Shown piece after piece: positions 1-9,538 of a stretch of DNA of 64,000 bases. Under the pieces are notes generated by a model. The model searched no databases, was not told the origin of the DNA, and saw nothing but the letters and a program-made list of their open reading frames with translations. Made by a program: the position numbers and the translations under genes. Each line of letters starts with the position of its first letter. Position 1 is the first letter of the stretch. Source of the stretch: an uncultured Candidatus Saccharibacteria bacterium (GTDB lineage: Bacteria; Patescibacteriota; Minisyncoccia; UBA6257; CAYRSR01); the NCBI GenBank assembly GCA_964427275.1, contig CAYRSR010000004.1, forward strand, positions 2,769 to 66,768, read 5' to 3'.

Positions 1-485
1 CTGCTATTGGCACCTCTATTGGTGATGTATTTAATCTTAAAGGACTACGGTATCATAAAATAATTATCATGACTGATGCTGATGTGGATGGGGCTCATAT
101 TCGAACTTTGCTTTTAACTCTATTTTATCGCTACTTTAAGCCGGTAATTGATAATGGACATCTTTACATTGCCCAGCCGCCACTTTATAAAATTCAATCT
201 GGAAAACATATTGAATATGTTTATACTGAATCAGATAAGCAAAGAGTTATAAAAAGTTTTAATCATGAATTTTCAATACAAAGATACAAAGGATTGGGTG
301 AGATGAATCCAGAGCAGTTATGGGAAACTACAATGAATCCAGAAACTCGAATTTTAAAGCAAGTTACTATTGAAGATGCTAAAGAGGCTGATAGATTGTT
401 TGATATTTTAATGGGGGAAGCTGTAGCTCCCAGAAAAAGGTTCATCTTAACTTACGCTACTGCAGTGAAAAATCTAGATATATAA
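1..485 (+). CDS. gyrB: DNA gyrase subunit B, C-terminal fragment (the 5' end lies upstream of the window)
   Basis: Reading frame 3 runs in from position 1: [43 protein letters not shown] is the GyrB Toprim/C-terminal region. Ends at 485. Confidence 0.85.
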   Translation, partial: AIGTSIGDVFNLKGLRYHKIIIMTDADVDGAHIRTLLLTLFYRYFKPVIDNGHLYIAQPPLYKIQSGKHIEYVYTESDKQRVIKSFNHEFSIQRYKGLGEMNPEQLWETTMNPETRILKQVTIEDAKEADRLFDILMGEAVAPRKRFILTYATAVKNLDI

Positions 486-486
486 T

Positions 487-672
487 ATGTTAAATAAGAT
501 AACCAGGTTTTTGAGAGAAAGTCGAGTAGAATTTAAAAGGGTAAACTGGCCTACCTTTAATCGTACCATGCATTATACTCTGGTAGTAGTTGGACTTAGT
601 TTAACTTTGGCTGTTTTTCTAGGAATATTGGATTTTGTTTTTGTTTATATTTTAAGAAAATTTTTTGTTTAA
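487..672 (+). CDS. secE: preprotein translocase subunit SecE
   Basis: 61 aa with a single C-terminal TM helix, immediately upstream of nusG (the conserved secE-nusG pair). Confidence 0.65.
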   Translation: MLNKITRFLRESRVEFKRVNWPTFNRTMHYTLVVVGLSLTLAVFLGILDFVFVYILRKFFV

Positions 673-1222
673 TATGGTTAAGTTTCCGGAAGAAACTAAA
701 GCAAAATGGTATGCAGTTTATACTTACCCTGGTCATGAGGATGCGGTGGTAAGGTATATAAAACAAAGAGTTGAATCATTAGAAATGGAAGATAAAATTT
801 TTGATGCAATTGTTCCCAGAGAAAAGAAGATAAAAATTGTTAGAGGAAAAAGGCAAGTGGTTGACGAAAAAATTTATCCAGGATATGTTTTAGTAAAGAT
901 GATTATGGATGAAGATTCCTGGTATGTGGTTAGAAATACGCCTAGAGTCTCGGGCTTTGTTGGATCTGATCCAAGCCATCCGACTCCATTATCTGCTCAG
1001 GAAGTAGAGAGCTTGATGGAGAGAATGGGAAAAAAAGAAGTTGAATTTGAGATTAATTTAAAACCTGGTGATACGGTAAAAATCCTTCAAGGTCCGCTAA
1101 GAGATAAGGAGGGCACTGTAGCAGAAATTGACCAAAAACAGAATAAAGTAAAAGTAAAAATTCCAATTTTTGGTAGAGAAACTACCGTAGAATTAGATGT
1201 ATTGCAAGTTAAAAGGGTCTAA
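665..1222 (+). CDS. nusG: transcription termination/antitermination factor NusG
   Basis: KWYAVYTYPGHEDAV NGN domain plus a C-terminal KOW (GDTVKILQGPLRDKEGTV). Start overlaps secE. Confidence 0.9.
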   Translation: MFNMVKFPEETKAKWYAVYTYPGHEDAVVRYIKQRVESLEMEDKIFDAIVPREKKIKIVRGKRQVVDEKIYPGYVLVKMIMDEDSWYVVRNTPRVSGFVGSDPSHPTPLSAQEVESLMERMGKKEVEFEINLKPGDTVKILQGPLRDKEGTVAEIDQKQNKVKVKIPIFGRETTVELDVLQVKRV

Positions 1223-1272
1223 AATTGTATAGCACGTTTTATAGCACGTTGCATAAAACGTGGCATAATATC

Positions 1273-1698
1273 ATGAAAGAAATTAAAACAATTCTAAAAT
1301 TACAAATAAAAGCTGGGCAGGCCAATCCAGCTCCCCCGCTGGGACCAGCTTTAGCCTCGCATGGGATAAATATAGCTGATTTCTGTAATAAATTTAATCA
1401 ACAAACTAAAGATTTAGGAGGTGATTTGGTTTCAGTAGAATTAAAGATTTATAAAGATCGTTCTTTTGATTTCAAAATTAAAACCCCACCAACCTCTTAT
1501 TTACTAAAAAAGGCAGCTGGAATTGAAAAGGGTTCTGGAGAACCTCATAAAACTAAGGTAGGAAAAGTTACCAGAGCAGACTTAATTAAAATAGCTGAAA
1601 GAAAGTTGCCAGATTTAAACACTGATAGCATTGAACAAGCTATAAAGATTGTTGAAGGTACTGCTAAACAGATGGGAATAGAAATAATAGAAGAATAA
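1273..1698 (+). CDS. rplK: 50S ribosomal protein L11
   Basis: MKEIKTILKLQIKAGQANPAPPLGPALASHGINI is the L11 signature. Start refined to the internal ATG of ORF 1225..1698. Confidence 0.9.
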   Translation: MKEIKTILKLQIKAGQANPAPPLGPALASHGINIADFCNKFNQQTKDLGGDLVSVELKIYKDRSFDFKIKTPPTSYLLKKAAGIEKGSGEPHKTKVGKVTRADLIKIAERKLPDLNTDSIEQAIKIVEGTAKQMGIEIIEE

Positions 1699-1720
1699 TA
1701 AATAGCAATTTCTTAAACAT

Positions 1721-2362
1721 ATGTTTATTGTTTTTGAAGGAGGAGAAGGTAGTGGAAAAACTACCCAGGTTAAACTGCTAGCTAGAAAGCTAAAACAAAA
1801 TGGATATAAGGTATTGATTACTCATGAACCAGGTGGAACTGATCTTGGATTAAAAATAAGAAAACTACTTTTATTTTCCAGAAAACCAGTTGTTCCTCGA
1901 GCCGAGTTGTTTCTTTTTTTGGCTGACCGTGCCCAACATGTTGAAGAAGTGATAAGGCCAGCTTTAAAGCAGGGCAAGATTGTTATTTCGGATAGGTTTT
2001 CTGGAAGTACATTTGCTTATCAGTATTATGCTCGTCAGCTGGAAAATTTTGATGAAATTGAATTTTTAGATAAGTATGCTCGCCATGAAATCTGGCCAGA
2101 TTTAACCATTCTTTTAGATGTTCCTTGCGAAGTTGGCTTAGCTAGAATTAAGAAAGACATAGCTAAAAAGAATAGTGTAAGAGATTTAACTGGTAAAAAA
2201 GGAATGAGCAGTTTTGAACTGGAATCTTTGGATTTTCATAAAAGACTAAGAGAGGGATATCTTCGTTTAGCTAAAAGGTATCACTGGAAAGTGATTGATG
2301 CAACTTTGCCAGTAGATAGAATTGCATCTCTTGTCTGGAAAGAAGTAGAAAAAATTTTATGA
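1721..2362 (+). CDS. tmk: thymidylate kinase
   Basis: MFIVFEGGEGSGKTTQ P-loop, an LADR motif and a DRF-like lid. Confidence 0.85.
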   Translation: MFIVFEGGEGSGKTTQVKLLARKLKQNGYKVLITHEPGGTDLGLKIRKLLLFSRKPVVPRAELFLFLADRAQHVEEVIRPALKQGKIVISDRFSGSTFAYQYYARQLENFDEIEFLDKYARHEIWPDLTILLDVPCEVGLARIKKDIAKKNSVRDLTGKKGMSSFELESLDFHKRLREGYLRLAKRYHWKVIDATLPVDRIASLVWKEVEKIL

Positions 2363-3786
2363 AATATATTCCTGTCATTGGATTGGAAATTCATTTTGAA
2401 CTTAATACTAAAACTAAAATGTTTTGTTCTTGCTTGAATACTGAGGCTACTTTGCCCAATTCTAATGTTTGTCCAATTTGTCTGGGTCATCCTGGTACAT
2501 TGCCAACTATTAATCCTGAAGCAGTAGAAAAGGTAATTAAAGTTGGCCTAGCTACAAATTGTCAGATTTCTGACTTTTCATTTTTTGAAAGAAAAAATTA
2601 TTTTTACCCTGATTTGCCTAAAGGGTACCAGATTTCTCAATATACTTATCCATTATGTCAAAATGGTTATCTAGTGTTTAGTTCAAATTCAGATTTAAGT
2701 AAATTGGTAAAAATTAGAATTAATCGGATACATCTGGAAGAAGATACTGCTAAGTCTGTACATTTTGAAAGCTATTCTTTAATTGACTTTAATCGTGCCG
2801 GAATACCTTTAGCTGAACTGGTTACTGAACCAGAGATTAAAACTCCAAGACAAGCTAAATTATTTGCACAGGAGCTGCAGAAAATTTTAAGATACTTAGA
2901 GGTCTCTAATGCAGATATGGAAAAAGGACAAATGAGAGTTGAAGCTAATGTATCTTTGATTTCTCCTAATTCCAAAGAACTAGGAACTAAAGTTGAAATT
3001 AAAAATCTTAATTCATTTAGAGCAGTTGAAGATGGATTAAATTATGAAATTGAAAGACAATCCCAACTTCTCAATCGAGGAGAAAAAGTAATTCAAGAAA
3101 CTAGAGGATGGGATGCTAAGCAACAAAAAACTTTTCCTCAGAGGAGTAAAGAATATGCTCCTGATTACAAATATTTTCCTGAACCGGATTTAATTCCTAT
3201 AAAAGTAAGTCAGGTTTTAGATTTAAAGAGGATTAAAAAAACTATCCCGGAATTGCCTAGACAAAAACTAACAAGGTTTCAAAAACAATATCAGTTAACT
3301 GCAAAACAAGCTAATCAGTTAGTTGGCGATAAACAAGTTGCAGATTTTTTTGAGCAAGCTGCCTCAAAGACCAAAAATTATCAGTTATTATTTAACTACT
3401 TTACTACTGATTTGATGGGATTAATCGAGAAAAAGAAAGTTGATTTATCTGAAATAGATCCTGAATACTTATCTCAATTAATTAACCTGCTGGAAGCAAA
3501 AAAAATTAGAAGTCCCCAGGCCAAAGCAATTCTTAGTTTAATGGTGGAAACTAAAAAAAGTCCTCAACAAATCATTGAGCAGGAAAAAATTGGATTAATT
3601 AGTGATTTAGAAGAGTTAACTCAAATTGTTGAAAAGGTAATTGCCAATAATTCTAAAGCAGTTGAAGATTTTAAAAAAGGAAAGCTAACTGCCTTGCAAT
3701 ACTTAATAGGTCAGACAATGAAAGAAACTAAAGGACAGGTTGATCCTCAGCAAATTAAAAAAATTTTACAAGAAAAATTGACTTAA
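2359..3786 (+). CDS. gatB: Asp/Glu-tRNA amidotransferase subunit B
   Basis: IGLEIHFELNTKTKMFCSC, PGTLP, and a YqeY-like C-terminal tail. Confidence 0.9.
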   Translation: MKYIPVIGLEIHFELNTKTKMFCSCLNTEATLPNSNVCPICLGHPGTLPTINPEAVEKVIKVGLATNCQISDFSFFERKNYFYPDLPKGYQISQYTYPLCQNGYLVFSSNSDLSKLVKIRINRIHLEEDTAKSVHFESYSLIDFNRAGIPLAELVTEPEIKTPRQAKLFAQELQKILRYLEVSNADMEKGQMRVEANVSLISPNSKELGTKVEIKNLNSFRAVEDGLNYEIERQSQLLNRGEKVIQETRGWDAKQQKTFPQRSKEYAPDYKYFPEPDLIPIKVSQVLDLKRIKKTIPELPRQKLTRFQKQYQLTAKQANQLVGDKQVADFFEQAASKTKNYQLLFNYFTTDLMGLIEKKKVDLSEIDPEYLSQLINLLEAKKIRSPQAKAILSLMVETKKSPQQIIEQEKIGLISDLEELTQIVEKVIANNSKAVEDFKKGKLTALQYLIGQTMKETKGQVDPQQIKKILQEKLT

Positions 3787-3822
3787 ATGTTGGTTTAAAT
3801 TAAGATTATAATAAATAATAAA

Positions 3823-4407
3823 ATGAGCAATTCTGAAAAATTGAAACGAGAAAGAACTTTGGTTTTAATTAAGCCAGATGCAATAAAACGAGGGTTGGTC
3901 GGCGAAATTATTAGAAGAATAGAGCAAAGAGGACTTAAGATTGTAGCTTTAAAGATGTTTCAGCCAAACCCGGATGATTTTAAAGAACATTATCCAGAAA
4001 CCGAGGAATATTTAAGGATTTTAGGTCGGAAGACCTTAGAAGATTATCGACAGTCCAATCTCGATGTTAAAAAAGAATTAGGAACTGATGATGAACTTGA
4101 GTTGGGAAAGTTGATTAGAGGTTGGCTGGTGGAGTTTATGTGCTCTGGGCCACTAATAAAAATGGTAGTAGAAGGATTACATGCAGTAAAAATGGTCAGG
4201 AAATTAGTTGGTTCTACTATGCCTGCTGATGCTGAGATGGGAACTATCCGGGGAGATTTCTCTGTGGATTCAGCTATTTTAGCTAATTCTCAAAAGAGAG
4301 CAGTTCATAATTTAGTTCATGCATCTGGAACTTTGGAAGAAGCAAAAAAAGAAATAAATTTGTGGTTTTCTCCGGAAGAAATTCAGGAATATGATTTAAA
4401 AATATGA
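3823..4407 (+). CDS. ndk: nucleoside diphosphate kinase (with a ~45-aa insertion)
   Basis: ERTLVLIKPDAIKRGLVGEII and TIRGDF...NLVHASG (active-site His) frame an insert that standard NDKs lack. Confidence 0.75.
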   Translation: MSNSEKLKRERTLVLIKPDAIKRGLVGEIIRRIEQRGLKIVALKMFQPNPDDFKEHYPETEEYLRILGRKTLEDYRQSNLDVKKELGTDDELELGKLIRGWLVEFMCSGPLIKMVVEGLHAVKMVRKLVGSTMPADAEMGTIRGDFSVDSAILANSQKRAVHNLVHASGTLEEAKKEINLWFSPEEIQEYDLKI

Positions 4408-5036
4408 CTAAAATCGCTATCTTTTTAATTATTTTGGTAGCTGCTTTGGGAATTTGTTATTTCTATTATCGACAGAAATCTGAATTGAAATCTAAACCTT
4501 TGCCAGTTTCTACTACTAAGAAAGTGGTAATGGTTATAGCCTGGAGAGGTTTTAGAAGTGAGGAGTATTTTGAGCCCAAAAGGATTTTGGAACAAGCAGG
4601 TGTAGTAGTAAAAACAGCTTCAGTAGAAAAAGGAATTGCCAAAGGAACTGGAATAGGAAGTACCAAGATAGATTTACTGATAGGAGAAATTAATCCTCTG
4701 GACTTTGATGCAGTAATTTTTGTTGGTGGACCTCAAGCATTGCAATACCTGGATAATCAGAATTCTTATAGAATAATTAGGGAAACTGTTAAGTGTGGAA
4801 AAATTTTAGCTGCAATTTGCATATCACCTACAATTTTGGCTAAATCTGGAGTACTTCAAGGTAAAAAAGCTACAGTCTGGTATTCTGCAGTGAATAGGCA
4901 GCCAATTGAAATACTTAAAGAAAATGGGGCAAATTTTGTAGACCAGGATGTGGTTCAGGACGGAAATATAATTACTGCTAATGGTCCTGGAGCAGCCAAG
5001 AAATTTGGAAAAGCTATACTTGAAGCTCTGCGCTAA
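4404..5036 (+). CDS. DJ-1/PfpI family protein with N-terminal TM anchor
   Basis: N-terminal hydrophobic helix, then a DJ-1/PfpI fold with the nucleophile elbow AICISP and FVGGP. Confidence 0.7.
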   Translation: MTKIAIFLIILVAALGICYFYYRQKSELKSKPLPVSTTKKVVMVIAWRGFRSEEYFEPKRILEQAGVVVKTASVEKGIAKGTGIGSTKIDLLIGEINPLDFDAVIFVGGPQALQYLDNQNSYRIIRETVKCGKILAAICISPTILAKSGVLQGKKATVWYSAVNRQPIEILKENGANFVDQDVVQDGNIITANGPGAAKKFGKAILEALR

Positions 5037-5094
5037 TTGTTTATACTTTTTTTAACTTTAAGTACCAATTCTGAAATTGGGACTAGTTAAAATT

Positions 5095-6849
5095 ATGATT
5101 AAAAACATCAGAAATTTTGTTATTCTTTCTCATGTTGATCATGGAAAGTCAACCTTAGCTGACCGCTTTTTGGAATTGACCAATACTATTCCAAAAGAAA
5201 AAATGATTCCCCAGTTTTTAGATAAGATGGACCTAGAAAGAAGAAGGGGAATTACCATTAAAATGCACCCAGTTCGAATGCTTTATCATAACTACATCTT
5301 AAATTTAATAGATACTCCAGGTCATGTAGATTTTTCTTACGAAGTTGAAAGAAGTTTAAAAGCAGTAGAAGGAGCAATTTTACTGGTTGATGCTACCAAG
5401 GGAATTCAAGCTCAAACTTTGTCAAATTATTATTTGGCTAAGAAAAATAATTTAACAATTATTCCAGTAGTTAATAAAATTGATTTAGTCTGTGCTAGAG
5501 TTGAAGAAACTAAGAAAGAATTAATCCAGCTTACCGGTGAAGATGAGGTGTATCTAGTTTCAGCAAAACTTGGAATCGGAGTGGAGAAATTACTTCGAGC
5601 GGTAATTGACAAAATTCCTTCACCAAAGGCAAATGAAGATACCTTTAAATCTTTAGTTTTTGATTCTTTATATGATGAGCATCGAGGGGTTGTAGTTTTT
5701 ATTAGAGTTTTTAGTGGGAAGATTGGGCTTGGTCAGCAGGTAAAATTCTTGAATTCTAATGAGTTAGCTAAAGTAGTTGAATTAGGAATATTTAGACCAG
5801 AGTTTTTGCCAGTTCCAGAATTATCAGCTGGGGAAATTGGCTATTTAGCTACTGGAATAAAACAAGCCAGGAATTATTTGATTGGAGATACGCTGGTTGA
5901 GTTTAAACCTGAAATTGTAAAGCCTATTGCTGGTTACAAAAAACCTCAACCAAAAGTTTTTGCCAGTTTTTATTGTTTAAATCAGCCCATAGACAAGTTT
6001 AAGAAAGTTCTGGAAAAAATTTGTTTGACTGACCCGGCTTTTGGATTTGAACCAGAGGCATCCGAGCTGGGAAATGGGTTTCGTTGTTCTTTTTTAGGAA
6101 CCCTTCATTTAGACATTATTAAGGAAAGACTAGAAGAACTTGGAATGGATTTAATAGTTTGTTCCCCATCGGTTAGATATCAGTTGATTTTAAAGTCAAG
6201 AGAAGTAATTTTTGCTGATTCTTTGGATAAATTTCCGCCAGCAGAAAAAATAAGTCAGATAAAAGAGCCATGGATAAATCTAGAAATTTTTTCTCCACCT
6301 AAGTACTTGTCAGCAATTATTGATCTAGTCAAAAAGTTTGGAGGAAATTATTTAGGTAGTGATAGTTTAGGAGAGGGAATTAGATTAAAATTTGAGCTTC
6401 CTTTGGTTTCTTTACTAAGAGGCTTTTATGATAGCTTAAAAAGCATATCTTCTGGCTTTGCTTCTCTAAGTTATAAACTAGCAGGTTACCGAGAAAATAA
6501 CTTACAAAGAGTTGACATAAAAGTTGCCGACAAAATAATATCAGCGTTTTCTTTCATTGTTCCTGGTCAATTTGCCTACTTGGAAAGTAGAAAAAAATTG
6601 GTAAGATTAAAAAAAGTTATTCCAAGACAATTATTTGAAGTAAAACTTCAGGCCTGCATTGGTTCAAGAGTTATTGCTAAAGAAGTAATTAAACCCTTAA
6701 GAAAGGATGTGTTAGCTAAGCTTTATGGTGGAGATAGAACTAGAAAGAACAAATTACTGGAAAAACAAAAACTTGGTAAAAAGAAACTCAAAAAAATTGG
6801 TAAAGTAAGAATTCCTCAACAAGCTTTTTATGAAATTCTTAAATTATGA
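5095..6849 (+). CDS. lepA: elongation factor 4 (LepA)
   Basis: MIKNIRNFVILSHVDHGKSTLADR with the DTPGHVDF and NKID G-motifs. An alternative start is 5077. Confidence 0.9.
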   Translation: MIKNIRNFVILSHVDHGKSTLADRFLELTNTIPKEKMIPQFLDKMDLERRRGITIKMHPVRMLYHNYILNLIDTPGHVDFSYEVERSLKAVEGAILLVDATKGIQAQTLSNYYLAKKNNLTIIPVVNKIDLVCARVEETKKELIQLTGEDEVYLVSAKLGIGVEKLLRAVIDKIPSPKANEDTFKSLVFDSLYDEHRGVVVFIRVFSGKIGLGQQVKFLNSNELAKVVELGIFRPEFLPVPELSAGEIGYLATGIKQARNYLIGDTLVEFKPEIVKPIAGYKKPQPKVFASFYCLNQPIDKFKKVLEKICLTDPAFGFEPEASELGNGFRCSFLGTLHLDIIKERLEELGMDLIVCSPSVRYQLILKSREVIFADSLDKFPPAEKISQIKEPWINLEIFSPPKYLSAIIDLVKKFGGNYLGSDSLGEGIRLKFELPLVSLLRGFYDSLKSISSGFASLSYKLAGYRENNLQRVDIKVADKIISAFSFIVPGQFAYLESRKKLVRLKKVIPRQLFEVKLQACIGSRVIAKEVIKPLRKDVLAKLYGGDRTRKNKLLEKQKLGKKKLKKIGKVRIPQQAFYEILKL

Positions 6850-7676
6850 GGAAAGTTTATATTCTTAATGCTAAAGGAGAAAAGGAATTGTTTTCAAAAG
6901 CTAAAGTTTATCGTTCTTTGATAAAAACCGGTGTTAAGGCTAATATTGCTAAAGTTATTTGCAAAGAGATTGAAAAAGTTGTTTATTCTGGAATGAAAAC
7001 TTCCGAAATTTTTAAAAAAGTAAGACAACTACTTAAAAGATATTCTCCTCAAACAGCTTTAAAGTACAATTTAAGGGAAGGTATGAGAAAACTTGGACCA
7101 ACTGGATTTCCTTTTGAGAAATATGTTGGCAGAATTCTGGAGAGCCTTGGTTTTAAAGTGAAGCTTAATCAAAGACTGGATGGAAAATGCTTTAAAGGAT
7201 ATGAGATAGATTTTATAGCTCAAAATAAATATTTTTATATTGGAGAATGCAAGTACCATCAGTTTATTGGAAAAAGAGTTCATTTACCTACAATTTTAGC
7301 TTTTAAGGCAAAATTTACGGATTTAAAAAAGAAGGATTTGAAAAACAAAAGAGCAATTCCAATCTTGGTTACCAATACTAAGTTCAGTAATAACAGTATC
7401 AAATTTTCAAAATGTGCTGGGATTAAGCTACTTGGCTGGAAGTATCCTGAAAAACAAGGATTAGAAGATTTAATTGCTCAAAAAAATCTATATCCAGTTA
7501 CAGTTTTGTCGATTAAAAAAGACTTACTGGATATTTTAGTGTCCGAAAAATTAATGCTGGCTCAGGATTTGTTAAAAATTGACTCTTTTAAATTCTGTAA
7601 GAAATACAAGATAAAAATAGAAAGGTTTAACCGAATTATAAAGCAAGCTAGAATGTTACTCTATGGCAAAACTTAA
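6846..7676 (+). CDS. ATP-cone domain fused to Mrr-like restriction endonuclease domain protein
   Basis: N-terminal ATP-cone-like ~90 aa (KVYILNAKGEKELFSKAKV...), then FEKYVGRILESLGFKV...GYEIDFIA...GECKYH, a PD-(D/E)xK Mrr_cat-like core. ATGA overlap with lepA. Confidence 0.5.
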   Translation: MRKVYILNAKGEKELFSKAKVYRSLIKTGVKANIAKVICKEIEKVVYSGMKTSEIFKKVRQLLKRYSPQTALKYNLREGMRKLGPTGFPFEKYVGRILESLGFKVKLNQRLDGKCFKGYEIDFIAQNKYFYIGECKYHQFIGKRVHLPTILAFKAKFTDLKKKDLKNKRAIPILVTNTKFSNNSIKFSKCAGIKLLGWKYPEKQGLEDLIAQKNLYPVTVLSIKKDLLDILVSEKLMLAQDLLKIDSFKFCKKYKIKIERFNRIIKQARMLLYGKT

Positions 7677-7678
7677 AA

Positions 7679-8974
7679 ATGAATAATCTAACCGGCTTAT
7701 TTTTTAAAACTTTAAATAGTGTTAAAAAGGATAAATTTTTAGTTAGTAGTGCTATTTTTTTTGGAGGCAGCCTTTTAGCAAGTGCTGGCAATTATCTTTT
7801 TCATTTTTTAATGGCTAGAATGTTAGCTATTGAAACTTATGGCGAGCTTCAATCTTTAATAGCAGTTTTTGTTATTATTGGTATTCCAGTTTCTGCTTTG
7901 TCTACTGTTTTAGTAAAATATACAGCTGACTTTAAGGCGAAGCAGCAGTTAGGTAAAGTTTTTAGCCTACTTTCTTTTTTTACTAAAAAAGCATTGTTTA
8001 TTGGAATAATATTTCTAGTAGTTTTTTTAATTTTTAATGGTTATATTGCAAATTTTTTAAAGTTAACTTCTGGCTTACCAGTAATGATTTTAGCTATTAG
8101 CTTCTTGGTAGTATTTCCACGTTCCATTAACTATGGCATTATAAGAGGATTAGAAAAATTTAAATTTGCTTCAATTGTTCTTGTTGCTGAAGTTTTTTTG
8201 AAGATAGTGTTGGCAGTATTGCTGGTAAAAATAGGACTTACTTTAAATGGAGTTGTTGGCGCTGTTGTTTTGGCTGGTGTGATTAGTTATTTTATTAGTT
8301 TTTTTCCTTTGAGGTATCTATTTAAAGAGAAAAAGGAAAAAATTGAAACTAGAAAAATTTTAAAATATTTTTTCCCAACTTTTTTTATTTTGTTGTTTAT
8401 AACCTTGCTTTATAATATGGATGTTGTTTTAGTTAAACACTTTTTTTCAGCTAAGACTGCTGGAGAATATGGAGCTCTGGCTGTAATTGGTCGAATTATT
8501 TTTTTTATTGGAGGGCCAATAGTATCGGTAATGTTTCCAATGACTGCTTCTGCCTATACCAGCAGAAGTAGCTCTACCAAAATTTTTAAAAAGAGTATTT
8601 TTTTGGTTAGCTTAGTTGGACTGATTGTTTTAGTTTTTTATTTTATTTTTCCAAATTTTGTTATTAAAATGTTGGTTGGCAGCAAGTTTTTAGCTATCGG
8701 CAAGTTTTTGGGTTGGTTTGGAATAGCAATGTTTTTATGTTCTTTGGTTAATCTGTTTTTGCAATATTTTCTTTCTATTGGTAAAACAAAGTGCGTTTAC
8801 TTGGTAGTAACAGGAGTATTGTTGCAGGTAGTGTTGATTTCAGCTTTTCATAATAGTTTATGGCAAGTTATCTTTATAATGAATTCGGTAATGTTTTTGA
8901 CATTAATGCTGTTGGTGGGGTATTATTTAAGGGTTAGTCGGCAAAAGGCTACGGTTATGAAGCCGGTATTGTGA
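7679..8974 (+). CDS. oligosaccharide flippase (Wzx/MOP-superfamily polysaccharide biosynthesis protein)
   Basis: 431 aa with ~12–14 TM helices, at the head of a glycosyltransferase cluster. Confidence 0.6.
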   Translation: MNNLTGLFFKTLNSVKKDKFLVSSAIFFGGSLLASAGNYLFHFLMARMLAIETYGELQSLIAVFVIIGIPVSALSTVLVKYTADFKAKQQLGKVFSLLSFFTKKALFIGIIFLVVFLIFNGYIANFLKLTSGLPVMILAISFLVVFPRSINYGIIRGLEKFKFASIVLVAEVFLKIVLAVLLVKIGLTLNGVVGAVVLAGVISYFISFFPLRYLFKEKKEKIETRKILKYFFPTFFILLFITLLYNMDVVLVKHFFSAKTAGEYGALAVIGRIIFFIGGPIVSVMFPMTASAYTSRSSSTKIFKKSIFLVSLVGLIVLVFYFIFPNFVIKMLVGSKFLAIGKFLGWFGIAMFLCSLVNLFLQYFLSIGKTKCVYLVVTGVLLQVVLISAFHNSLWQVIFIMNSVMFLTLMLLVGYYLRVSRQKATVMKPVL

Positions 8975-8996
8975 GGTGTAAAGAGTAAGGCGTAAT

Positions 8997-9416
8997 ATGG
9001 AAAATAATCAAAATAGAAAACCAATAACAAGCTTTAGAGATTTAGAAGTTTATCAAAATACTTACAAAGCAATGCTAATAGTGATGAAAGAAATTATATC
9101 AAAATTGCCTGATTCTGAGAAGTACGATCTAAAAGACCAATTAAGTAGATCTTGTAAGGCCATCCCGCGATTAATTGCAGAAGGATATGCAAAACGGCAC
9201 CAGAGAGCAGGATTTCAGAAATATTTAGATGATGCAATGGGCGAATGTAATGAAACTATTGTTAGTTTGGAACAATGTCGCGATATTTATGAGGTGGATA
9301 AAAGTTTGATTGATAGGTTAGTAGATGTTTATGACAAATCTGGAAGACAACTCTATAGATTGAGTATTGCCTGGGCTAATTTTAAAAGACGTCAAGCACG
9401 ACCATTGAAGAACTAA
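8997..9416 (+). CDS. four-helix-bundle protein (the so-called 23S rRNA intervening-sequence protein family)
   Basis: DLEVYQNTYKAMLIVMKEIISKLPDSEKYDLKDQLSRSCKAIPRLIAEGYAKR matches the TIGR02436-type four-helix-bundle family. Flanked by unusually GC-rich non-coding DNA. Confidence 0.6.
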   Translation: MENNQNRKPITSFRDLEVYQNTYKAMLIVMKEIISKLPDSEKYDLKDQLSRSCKAIPRLIAEGYAKRHQRAGFQKYLDDAMGECNETIVSLEQCRDIYEVDKSLIDRLVDVYDKSGRQLYRLSIAWANFKRRQARPLKN

Positions 9417-9538
9417 CAGTAACGAAATGTGTGTTTTGAAATCGTCAAATATTTAAAGGTTATGCTTACGAAGCCGCCAAACTTTACCGCTGAACGAAAC
9501 GGGCATCGTAACCCATAAACGTTAAACAATTTGCAGTT

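Noticed and set aside
263-445. Antisense ORFs inside conserved genes. Examples: 263..445 –, 2281..2490 –, 17897..18421 – (174 aa), 23570..23938 –, 31702..32034 –, 39471..39665 +, 40892..41083 +, 49056..49340 +.
   Set aside because: Each lies entirely within, and antisense to, a well-supported CDS with a conserved product. They have low-complexity translations and no start or RBS context, so they are shadow ORFs.
5040-5076. AT-rich palindrome ccaattctgaaattgg between the DJ-1 gene and lepA.
   Set aside because: Weak A/T stem without a T-run; likely incidental.
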